A DNA stretch of 64,000 nucleotides from assembly GCA_037443035.1 (NCBI GenBank), contig JBBIPC010000004.1:1-64000 (forward strand), written 5' to 3'. This document shows positions 1 through 7,901 of the stretch, in pieces. A program made the position numbers and the translations under genes. Source of the stretch: Chthonomonadales bacterium. GTDB lineage: Bacteria > Armatimonadota > Chthonomonadetes > Chthonomonadales > CAJBBX01. Numbering within the stretch: the stretch's first letter is position 1; every line of letters starts with the position of its first letter. The notes under the pieces are model-generated. The model had not been told where the DNA came from and did no database searches. It was given only the letters and a program-made list of their open reading frames with translations.

Positions 1-85
1 CCCCCCCCACCGCCCATTTTTTTTTTTATTTTTTGGGCTACCAGGGATTTCTACAATCTTTTCCTACATTACGCTCTTCCGATCT
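1..85 (+). other. Sequencing artefact: poly-C/poly-T run plus degenerate Illumina TruSeq adapter
   Basis: Ends in tctt ttcctacattACGCTCTTCCGATCT, matching adapter ACACTCTTTCCCTACACGACGCTCTTCCGATCT; homopolymer runs precede it. Confidence 0.93.
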
Positions 86-97
86 AGCGTTCAATCT

Positions 98-133
98 GTT
101 GGGGAGATCGGGCAGGCTCCTATCTGGTACATT
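98..133 (+). CRISPR. Single 36-bp type II-C CRISPR repeat GTTGGGGAGATCGGGCAGGCTCCTATCTGGTACATT; array truncated by the contig end; 86-97 is a probable partial spacer
   Basis: 36 nt, starts GTT, lies 50 bp from the cas2 stop; 23 nt are perfectly complementary to the anti-repeat at 4701-4723, plus a lower stem. Confidence 0.88.
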
Positions 134-165
134 GTTAGCCGCGCAGCGGAGCGGAGCGGCGGCGC

Positions 166-216
166 GAAAAACAGCCCGTCGGCTTAGAACAACGTGAGCT
201 GAACGGGCTGTTTTTC
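166..216. terminator. Long hairpin, candidate bidirectional terminator between CRISPR transcripts and the cas operon
   Basis: Perfect 14-bp inverted repeat GAAAAACAGCCCGT (166-179)/ACGGGCTGTTTTTC (203-216), plus inner 7-bp stem with G-U pairs. Confidence 0.55.
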
Positions 217-525
217 TGCTGCGCGCTCCTTCCGTCCGAAGTACACCTTCATCCGGTGGAACTGCAGGTCCGTCAGCGTCAAGAGCCTTACCTCGCCCTC
301 TGGAGGTAGCATCAGCCGCACTCGCTCGGCATGCACCCTTGCGTTCTCCTCGTTGGGGCACGGTCGGGCGTACACGCTGTACTGCACCATGACGAAGCCG
401 TCGTCCCGCAGTCGCTCCCGGAAGCGCGTGTACTCCCGCCGCTGGCCCTTGGTCTTTACCGGCAGGTCGAACATGGCCAGCACCCACATGGCCCGAGCAC
501 CCCCATAGACTAGAGGCTGGGACAC
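184..525 (-). CDS. cas2: CRISPR-associated endoribonuclease Cas2 (start GTG 525 or ATG 489)
   Basis: MWVLAMFDLPVKT, FVMVQYSVYAR; directly downstream of cas1; ends QLTLF. Confidence 0.95.
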   Translation of the reverse strand: MSQPLVYGGARAMWVLAMFDLPVKTKGQRREYTRFRERLRDDGFVMVQYSVYARPCPNEENARVHAERVRLMLPPEGEVRLLTLTDLQFHRMKVYFGRKERAAEKQPVQLTLF

Positions 526-1400
526 CTCAGCTTGCGTTCCTCCCCCGCCAGGCAACTGCGCAGACATGCTGCATACTGCTCCAGCGCCGTGAAGAGCGGG
601 TATCGTTTGCCATCCCAGGTCACTTCCGCCGTCAGCACCTCCAGCAGCTGGTTGCGCACGCCGGTGGTCAGCTCCTCGCCCAGCGGATGCTCTTCCGACA
701 CCCGCAAGACGTGCCTATCTGCCAAAGGACGCAACGGCTCCATGGCGTCGTCGGCCAGCGTGAACGCGTCGTACTGGTTCCGGTGGTGCACGCCCAACGC
801 CGGGTGCAACCCCGCGCCCACCACGGCCCGAGCAACTGCCCCCCGGATGAGTGCGTATGTGTAGTTCAGAGCAGCGTTGATCCCAGGACGTCCGGGATCC
901 CGTACGAACGCTTGACCGAACAGGGCTGGAAAGTAGATGCGTGCCGCCCGGCCCTCCAGGTTCTGAGGGTCTCCGCTGCCCACCTTCTTGGCCATGAGCC
1001 GCAAGCCGTGGTCATGACCACGGAGCGCCTCCAGCACGCTCGCCTGCGCCTGCAACTTGGCAATGACGATGCTCTGCCAGATTCGCTTCTTGCGCGGCTC
1101 CGTGGCCGCCATCTGCTGACGCAGGATGCGAGTATGGAGGGCGGCGGCCGCGAGGGGAAGCAACAGCCCCGCGGGCAAGTGGCGCGGTCCGCAGACGACC
1201 ACTGCCACGTTGGCTTCGGCCAGTGCCGCCAAGAGCGGCTCTGTGAACGTCGTCGCAGCATAGTCGCATACGAGCACTGCCAGGTCCTCCAACGGCACCC
1301 GGGCTTCCGCCTCGCCTTCGCGCTGCACCAGTAGCTGCAGGTCCTTGTAGCTCAGCCGGGCCGGCGTGCCGATCTGCACCACCCTACCGATGGTCGGCAT
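510..1400 (-). CDS. cas1: Type II CRISPR-associated endonuclease Cas1
   Basis: RVPLEDL, LEGRAARIYF, NAALNYTY, GVHH, LADDAMEPLRP motifs; between cas9 and cas2. Confidence 0.97.
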   Translation of the reverse strand: MPTIGRVVQIGTPARLSYKDLQLLVQREGEAEARVPLEDLAVLVCDYAATTFTEPLLAALAEANVAVVVCGPRHLPAGLLLPLAAAALHTRILRQQMAATEPRKKRIWQSIVIAKLQAQASVLEALRGHDHGLRLMAKKVGSGDPQNLEGRAARIYFPALFGQAFVRDPGRPGINAALNYTYALIRGAVARAVVGAGLHPALGVHHRNQYDAFTLADDAMEPLRPLADRHVLRVSEEHPLGEELTTGVRNQLLEVLTAEVTWDGKRYPLFTALEQYAACLRSCLAGEERKLRCPSL

Positions 1401-4400
1401 CGGGCGGCTCCGTGGAGATCACGGACCCGAGGGGGTCCAGGCACAGCCGGCGACGTAGGCACCGTAGGTCCGAGCGTCCTCGGATGCGGATGCGACGACT
1501 GCGGTCCTCACGGGCTTCGGTGAGCTGGGCGAGAGACACGTCCGGTGATCCATGAGCCCCACAGCTGAACTTCGCGACCCGGTACCATCCTGGTCGTTCA
1601 CCGGTCCACTCCACGATGTCGTCCTTGCACAGCGCCATGACGTAGCGCCACCCCTCCCATGGCGGCGTTCGGTCGAAGACCGGACGGCCCTCCACCGCCC
1701 GCCTGGCCGCCTCGATCATGGGTACGACGGTCATCTCGCGCCGATGGATCCCCCTTTCGTCCGGCTCGACCTTTTCCCAGATCACCGCGTGGTGATTGTT
1801 TCCCAGATCGTAGGCGGCCAGCGGGGTACCGTCCTCCCGCACTCGCACGAGCTGCTTGCCCACCACCACCGCCTTGTGCGGCCGCCCGTTTCTCCGAGGA
1901 GGTAACGCGGCCAAGGCTCTGCGCACCGTCGCGGCATCCGGTGGCTTCCGCGCCATTTCCCCGTGCAACGCTCCCTGGACGCTGCGGTTCGGGGCGAACA
2001 CGACGGGCATCTCTTTCACGACTTTCTGAACGTCCTGGCGCAGGGTCCGCCACGGCGCGGGGCTGAGACTGGCAGTGTGCTCATCGGCACGCTCCTTGGT
2101 CTTGTACCAGGCTGATAGCCTCTGAAGGGTGCTCCGTTCTGTGAGCGCCGTCACGATAGCGTCCAGTCCGTGATGGCGATGATCGGCGCGACTTTTCTTC
2201 TTCGCTATGACGCTCGCGCTGTCCGTCAGGGACGTGGCCTGTTCCTGCTCCTCGGCCTTCCCCCTCGTCTCATCGGTTTGCGGCTCCGGTATACAGTCCT
2301 CCAATCCCCACACGCGGCGCAATCGGGCTGTCAACTGCCCGCGCGAGACTTCTACGGGCACACCAAGCTTGGCAACCTCTGTCATAACAACGCGCGAGAT
2401 GTAGCGCGTGTCCGAAAGGGCTCGGTTCGTGAATTCTTCTGAATCCCACTCCTTCTGAAGGATTCGCCGCTGCTTTGCCTTGCTCATGGTCTTGAGGCGC
2501 GATACGTACTGCTCGATGTGAGGCCAGCGGTCGGTCTTGCCCAGCCATTCGTAGGGCGTCCGATCGCCCTTCTGCAAGTTCAGACCCATGGGGCAGATGG
2601 TCTTGTTGCTCAGTGAGTCGTCCCAGCAGCGGCTCCACGGCACGATATGCTCGATTGTGTACTGCTCAACGAGCTCCGACAGGCTCACTGGTCGATCAGG
2701 TTCGTACGGACAACGGCATCCTGCCTCCTTCCAGAGCAGAACCTTTCGGACGTTCTCGTCGTTCCTGCCGACGGGGAGGCCGTTGTCCTCCAACAGCTTC
2801 GCCGCAGCTTTCCGGTTCGTCTCGTTCTCTAGCTGTCTCTGCCGAATCCTCAGGCGCTCCTTGTTTGTTCGAGACATGTCGCGAGGCATTTCGATGCGAA
2901 TGCGGTCGGGCTTGCCGCAGCGATCGATTACGGCGTTGATGACGCGAAACGCCATCTTGACCGAACGTTGCACCACCGGGTTGCGCAAGTCCGGCAAGCT
3001 CTCCAGACGATCCACGATCTGTTCGGGCTGCTTGACGGTCGTCTCACCCTCTTTGCGGTACCCCGCCGCCACACACGCTTCCCAGTACGTGAGCCCGTTA
3101 CGCATGTGGGGCTCCAGTTCTCGCCACACCCGGTAGCAGTGTTGGCTGTAGCCCTCAGGGAACGTTGCCGACGCCAGCGCCCGCACTTCGTCAGTGGTCA
3201 AGCCAAAGTCCCGGACCAGTCCCTTGATGACGTTGTGGGGGTAGAACGCATAGAGCAATCGGTTGACGATCTCCTCCTGTTGCTCGGGCGCGAAGCCATG
3301 CCAGCGGTCGGCCCCCAGGATGCCGCGCATGACGGCCATCGTCTTGTTGCCCTCGAGGCCACTCGATCCAAGATCCTTACCGGCCGGTCGCGGCGTCCTA
3401 GCCACGGGCGTTTCGGTACCGGGTTCTGCGAAGAGCGTGCCTTGGCCGGCGGCTTGTCGGTGCTTCTCCGTGCGCGACTTACGCGGTCTTGCGGCTCGTG
3501 GACCAGCTTCATCACTGAATACGGCCTCCGAGCCAAAGCCGAGGAGTTCGCGAGCCTCATCCCACGAAAGGCGGTCCCGTCGCTCCAACTCGTCGGCCAG
3601 AGTCTGAACTTCCCCGCTGCGCAAACGCCGTTCTGGCAGTTCCGGCGCCTCGCGCACCTCTAAGTTGACGAGCTTCTGGAGCACACTGCAACGTTGGTGA
3701 ATGAGCGACGCCCGTGGCACACGCTTCCGATGTGGCATGAACTCGCATCTGCCGATGAGGCCCCGCTTGGACATGAGCGGCCGCTGATAGAAAATCGCGT
3801 GCCGCAGTCGGTCTCGCAGGTCACTTGTGAGGAGTTGAGGATGATAACGTTGCTGGGCTTCCCAGAGTTTGTCGAACTCCTCCTCATAGAGGATTCGGTC
3901 GGCGCGCCAGCCCAACGGGTCTTTCTTGCTTATGCGCCCGTTACGACGCTGCCCGCCCGCCCGGTAGCCATAAGGATAGTGCTCGGGATCCAGGAGGATT
4001 TTCGCGCACAACTCCCCTACCGTCCGCGCCTCGCCAGCCTCGATCCGTTTCCTTGCCTCAGCCAAACGTGCGAGCAGCTTGCTCTGCTCCTTGCGCTCCT
4101 TCGCGTCTGATGCCGGGAGTACCCCGTCTTCCGCGAGCTCGGCTTCCTCCAGGTGCGCAACACGACTGACCTCCAGTTGAAGACGCTGCTCGTACCACCT
4201 CTGAATGAGGTCTCGTGTGCTCATGTAGCCACGCCTACGGGCGATGTGGTAGATACACCGCCCGAACTCGTAGGGTGTGAGTTCCTCGTCCAGGCCTTTG
4301 GCGCGCAGGATCATGGGGTGGTACGGTCGTTCCCCTCCTGCGCGGTCGGAGCTCATCAGCGCTTCCCGATCGTGCGGGTCCTCTGGAAGCAGACCGTGCG

Positions 4401-4641
4401 CTACGAGCAAATGGAGAACGCTCCTCATGCGCTGGCGCTTGCGGCGGAGTTGGCGGCGGAATCGCCGTTTCTGCCCACGGATGTATCTGGTGGACACAAG
4501 GAGGCCATGCTTCTCTTCGGCACTTTCGGGGAAGACGTATACACCAGCGGCGATCTGGCGAGTGTCCGTGTCCTCGGAGCGTCGGACGAGAGCCCAACCA
4601 ACGCTGTTGGTTCCGAGGTCCAAACCAAGCACAGTTTCCAT
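1384..4641 (-). CDS. cas9: Type II-C Cas9, about 1085 aa from ATG 4641
   Basis: RuvC-I GLDLGTNSVGW, Arg-rich bridge helix, RuvC-II IRIEMPRD, HNH IEHIVPWS..DDSLSNK..NLQKGDRTP, RuvC-III DHRHHGLDA; AAAGGA RBS before ATG 4641; no csn2 or cas4. Confidence 0.97.
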   Translation of the reverse strand: METVLGLDLGTNSVGWALVRRSEDTDTRQIAAGVYVFPESAEEKHGLLVSTRYIRGQKRRFRRQLRRKRQRMRSVLHLLVAHGLLPEDPHDREALMSSDRAGGERPYHPMILRAKGLDEELTPYEFGRCIYHIARRRGYMSTRDLIQRWYEQRLQLEVSRVAHLEEAELAEDGVLPASDAKERKEQSKLLARLAEARKRIEAGEARTVGELCAKILLDPEHYPYGYRAGGQRRNGRISKKDPLGWRADRILYEEEFDKLWEAQQRYHPQLLTSDLRDRLRHAIFYQRPLMSKRGLIGRCEFMPHRKRVPRASLIHQRCSVLQKLVNLEVREAPELPERRLRSGEVQTLADELERRDRLSWDEARELLGFGSEAVFSDEAGPRAARPRKSRTEKHRQAAGQGTLFAEPGTETPVARTPRPAGKDLGSSGLEGNKTMAVMRGILGADRWHGFAPEQQEEIVNRLLYAFYPHNVIKGLVRDFGLTTDEVRALASATFPEGYSQHCYRVWRELEPHMRNGLTYWEACVAAGYRKEGETTVKQPEQIVDRLESLPDLRNPVVQRSVKMAFRVINAVIDRCGKPDRIRIEMPRDMSRTNKERLRIRQRQLENETNRKAAAKLLEDNGLPVGRNDENVRKVLLWKEAGCRCPYEPDRPVSLSELVEQYTIEHIVPWSRCWDDSLSNKTICPMGLNLQKGDRTPYEWLGKTDRWPHIEQYVSRLKTMSKAKQRRILQKEWDSEEFTNRALSDTRYISRVVMTEVAKLGVPVEVSRGQLTARLRRVWGLEDCIPEPQTDETRGKAEEQEQATSLTDSASVIAKKKSRADHRHHGLDAIVTALTERSTLQRLSAWYKTKERADEHTASLSPAPWRTLRQDVQKVVKEMPVVFAPNRSVQGALHGEMARKPPDAATVRRALAALPPRRNGRPHKAVVVGKQLVRVREDGTPLAAYDLGNNHHAVIWEKVEPDERGIHRREMTVVPMIEAARRAVEGRPVFDRTPPWEGWRYVMALCKDDIVEWTGERPGWYRVAKFSCGAHGSPDVSLAQLTEAREDRSRRIRIRGRSDLRCLRRRLCLDPLGSVISTEPPDADHR

Positions 4642-4666
4642 TTCCGCTTTTCCTTTCAGCGACATC

Positions 4667-4695
4667 TTGACAACCCTGCTCAACCGTAGTATACT
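4667..4695 (+). promoter_or_regulatory. Sigma70-type promoter of tracrRNA
   Basis: TTGACA (4667-4672)-17 bp-TATACT (4690-4695); predicted start about 4701-4702 coincides with the anti-repeat. Confidence 0.85.
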
Positions 4696-4700
4696 ATACT

Positions 4701-4830
4701 TGTACCAGATAGGAGCCTGCCCGTTCCTCCAACAAGGAGCGAATGCTCCGCAGGCTGACCCTTACGGGTCACCCGCAGGTGTTGACAGCGCCGAACAGAA
4801 TATGCCCCCAATAAGGGGGCGTTTCTGTTT
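4701..4830 (+). ncRNA. tracrRNA
   Basis: Anti-repeat TGTACCAGATAGGAGCCTGCCCGTTCCTCCAAC; nexus-like AAGGAGC-GAAT-GCTCCG; hairpin TGACCC-TTAC-GGGTCA; terminal hairpin AACAGAA..GCCCCC-AATAA-GGGGGC..TTCTGTTT. Confidence 0.9.
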
Positions 4831-4889
4831 GTAGTAGTCCGGCACCTCGTGTCCTACCCCCTCCCCTCCGCGGTACACTGTGCTCCGGT

Positions 4890-6668
4890 ATGAAGAGTCT
4901 CTTTCGCGCGTTGCATTACATCCGGCCCTACTGGCACGTCCAAGTGGCAGCGCTCGTCTGCGCTCTGGCGGTGACGGCTGTCCAGTTCGTCATGCCCTGG
5001 ATGAACAAGGTGCTCATCGACGAGGTCATGTTCCCCAGGGACCTCCCGCCGGACATGCGCCTCGGGGCCCTCTACCGGCTTGCTATCGTGGCAGGTTGCG
5101 CGCTTTTCGGTGGTACGGCGGTCAGTTTGCTGCGAACCTACCTCTTCGCACGAGCGGGTGAGAACGCCGCCGCGGACTTGCGGCGCGACCTCTTCCGGCA
5201 TCTGCACGCGCTGCCCATGGCGTATTACGACCGGCGCAAGACGGGCGGCATTATGTCGGTGGTCCAGAACGATGTGGAAGCGTTGCAGGGCTTGTACGCT
5301 TCGACGCTCGTGGACCTGATCACCAACGCGCTCATGGTCCTCGTCGCCTCGGCGGTTCTCATCTGGCGCAATACCGCACTGGCTATGATCGGTCTACCGG
5401 TGCCCGTTATCTTCGCCGTGGCCCTAGCCCTGTTCGGCAGTCCTCTGCGCCGTTCCGGGCGGCAGGTGCGCGACGACACAGGAGCAGTGCAGGAAGTCCT
5501 CCAGGAGAGCATCGCCGGTGCCCGGGAGGTCAAAGTATTCACCCGCGCTGAGGTCGAGTTGCGGCGCTACATGGACCGCGTTCTGCGGCTCGTCCGGTCG
5601 CGCATCCGACAGGCCGTGCTAGGCAGCGCCAACAGCGCTGTGGCAAACGTCATCGCCATGGGTGGCATGTTGACGGTGCTCATCCTGGGCACGCGTCTGG
5701 TCATCCGAGGGGCCATGTCGCCGGGCGACATCATCATGTTCATGAGCGTGCTCGGCATGCTGTTCGGACCCGCAGGCACCTTCGTGAGCATGTACACGGC
5801 CATCGCCATCGCCGTGGGTGCGGCCGACCGTATCTTCGACCTCGTAGATAGCGAGCAAGAGCGGGAGCCACTGGAACCAGCACCCGTCGGGACCCTGCAC
5901 GGCGACGTGCGCTTCGAGAACGTCTCGTTCGCCTACGATGCAGAGAACGGCGAAATCCTGCGGGATATCAATCTGAACGTGCGAGCCGGCGAGGTGATCG
6001 CGCTCGTTGGCCCAAGCGGCGCAGGCAAGACGACTCTCGTCTCGTTGCTTCCGCGGCTCTACGATGTGACGTCGGGTGCCATCTATCTAGATGGTCGAGA
6101 TATTCGCAGTTTCAGCCTTACGGACCTTCGCAGAGCTATCGCAGTAGTCCCTCAGGAACCGTTTCTTTTCGGCACAACTGTGGCAGAAAACGTACGTTTC
6201 GGACGCGAGGATGCCACAGACGAAGAAGTAATGGAGGCCGCGCGAGCTGCCAATGCCCACGAGTTCATCATGGCATTACCGGCCGGTTACAAGACGCAGG
6301 TCGGAGAAAGAGGCGTTCGCCTTTCCGTTGGGCAGAAGCAGCGTATTGCTATCGCGAGGGCTATCCTGCGAGATCCTCGGGTCCTGATCCTGGACGAAGC
6401 CACGTCAGCCCAAGACTCGGAATCGGAACGGCAAGTGCAGGAGGCTATGGCACGTCTCCTGAGAGGACGTACGTCGTTTATCATCGCCCACAGACTCTCG
6501 ACCATTCAGCGAGCAGATCGCATCGTAGTGATCGAGAATGGCACCATCGCCGAGGTAGGCTCCCACGTGGAGCTACTGGCCCGCAACGGGACCTACGCGC
6601 GCCTCCATGCGCTGCAGTTCGGCGGGATTCTGGTTTCGGACGCTGCAGCCCCAGCAATGCCGCAATGA
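4890..6668 (+). CDS. ABC exporter, fused permease/ATPase (MsbA-like fold)
   Basis: Hydrophobic TMD; GPSGAGKT, LSVGQKQ, ILDEATS, IAHRLST. Confidence 0.93.
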   Translation: MKSLFRALHYIRPYWHVQVAALVCALAVTAVQFVMPWMNKVLIDEVMFPRDLPPDMRLGALYRLAIVAGCALFGGTAVSLLRTYLFARAGENAAADLRRDLFRHLHALPMAYYDRRKTGGIMSVVQNDVEALQGLYASTLVDLITNALMVLVASAVLIWRNTALAMIGLPVPVIFAVALALFGSPLRRSGRQVRDDTGAVQEVLQESIAGAREVKVFTRAEVELRRYMDRVLRLVRSRIRQAVLGSANSAVANVIAMGGMLTVLILGTRLVIRGAMSPGDIIMFMSVLGMLFGPAGTFVSMYTAIAIAVGAADRIFDLVDSEQEREPLEPAPVGTLHGDVRFENVSFAYDAENGEILRDINLNVRAGEVIALVGPSGAGKTTLVSLLPRLYDVTSGAIYLDGRDIRSFSLTDLRRAIAVVPQEPFLFGTTVAENVRFGREDATDEEVMEAARAANAHEFIMALPAGYKTQVGERGVRLSVGQKQRIAIARAILRDPRVLILDEATSAQDSESERQVQEAMARLLRGRTSFIIAHRLSTIQRADRIVVIENGTIAEVGSHVELLARNGTYARLHALQFGGILVSDAAAPAMPQ

Positions 6669-6677
6669 CGCTCTGGC

Positions 6678-7838
6678 CTACCGAATGCGGTAGATGTGCA
6701 CCTGGTAAGGCTCGAACGTATCCTCGAACCGGCCGTCGGTGATCGGTAGGGTTCGGTTCTCGCCGACGACCTCGACCGTTGCGCCGCTCCGGCTCCGCGT
6801 CAGGGCGAAGGCTGCCTTGCAGCGGGCGTTGCGCATGGCCACAGCGAACACGTAGGTGTCGCGGCGTACGGATCGCGCCATGGCCGCCACCGGCTTCGGT
6901 GCCTGACTGTCCTTGGGTTCCTGAATCGCCACGCCCAGCGGCACCGGTGCGCCGTTTATCACCGGCGCCAATCGCGTGACTTCTGCATTCAACGCCGTGA
7001 CCGCCTCGAGCATCTCCGGATCGTCGAGCAGCGCATGCTCGTTGAAAGCAGGCTTGAACTCGTGCACGAAGTAGATGAACCCCCGAGAGCCGTGTATGAT
7101 CGCCATCCAAGCCTGAGCGCGCACCTGAGCCGGAGTGGCCTTACGGACGCCGTTGTCAATGCGGGTGCATTCCAGACAGTTCCAGATGATCTTCTGGCCG
7201 CCGGTCCACCGTACGAGTCGTTCGACTCCCGCACCGACGAACCACAGGAGGTCCATGTGGTCGGGTCTGTCCAGCCCCGCCACGGGATAGACATCGAACG
7301 AGACGATGTCGGCCCCCTTCACATAGGTCTCGTAGTCGGACAGCTTCGCACCCGATCCGCGTCCGACCCACTTGTCGTTGATCACCCCTTGCCCAAGGTT
7401 GAGCAGGATTGGACGGGTGGGGTCGGCTTTGCGCATGCGCTCGTACTCTTCCACTACCCTCTCTGGGGGTACGCACGGTCCCCAGCCCTGCTTACCCGTT
7501 GCCGGGTCCGTCATAGGCTGTGCGTTGTCTGGCTCGTCCTGATGCATCCACCCAACAATGATCGGATCGTCCTTGTGAGCCAGGCCGACGGCGTTTTGCT
7601 CGCAGATAACAGGCATTCCCGCTGCCGTAAGCTGGGCAAGTTGTTCCTCCGTGGGTCCTTTCCACAGACCGATGTAGAGGTTGAACCCGGCCGCCTTGTA
7701 GCGGGCTGCGTTGGCGGGGCTCTGAAGCCAGACTGCCAGGGGGAAGTATGCGGTACCGAATGGTGGCCCATGCTTCCAGCTTGGTCGCGCCTCCGCAAGC
7801 AGGACCAGCAAACATGCTGAAACCAGTACGCGTGTCAT
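6678..7838 (-). CDS. Secreted putative glycoside hydrolase-like (TIM-barrel) protein
   Basis: Signal peptide MTRVLVSACLLVLLAEA with GGAGG RBS; GWMHQDEPD, SFDVYP and AIIHGSRGFIYF resemble GH-A clan patterns; function inferred. Confidence 0.6.
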   Translation of the reverse strand: MTRVLVSACLLVLLAEARPSWKHGPPFGTAYFPLAVWLQSPANAARYKAAGFNLYIGLWKGPTEEQLAQLTAAGMPVICEQNAVGLAHKDDPIIVGWMHQDEPDNAQPMTDPATGKQGWGPCVPPERVVEEYERMRKADPTRPILLNLGQGVINDKWVGRGSGAKLSDYETYVKGADIVSFDVYPVAGLDRPDHMDLLWFVGAGVERLVRWTGGQKIIWNCLECTRIDNGVRKATPAQVRAQAWMAIIHGSRGFIYFVHEFKPAFNEHALLDDPEMLEAVTALNAEVTRLAPVINGAPVPLGVAIQEPKDSQAPKPVAAMARSVRRDTYVFAVAMRNARCKAAFALTRSRSGATVEVVGENRTLPITDGRFEDTFEPYQVHIYRIR

Positions 7839-7901
7839 CGTTCTGCCCTCCAAGGATGGACGATTACGTCTCATTACGTAACCGGCCTAATGTAGTCCTG
7901 C

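Noticed and set aside
187..198. 12-nt identity (GAACAACGTGAG) between the cas2 end and mutS 56139-56150
   Set aside because: Explained by the same LTLF peptide and codon preference; too short for a repeat or protospacer
38..487. 149-aa minus-strand ORF overlapping cas2
   Set aside because: Alternative frame of cas2 running through the repeat into adapter sequence
4642..4683. TTG-initiated N-terminal extension of Cas9
   Set aside because: ATG 4641 has an RBS and puts RuvC-I at the usual position; the extension overlaps the tracr promoter
6000..6520. Locally lower GC within the ABC exporter gene
   Set aside because: Judged by eye only, reading frame intact; needs sliding-window codon analysis before calling it mosaic
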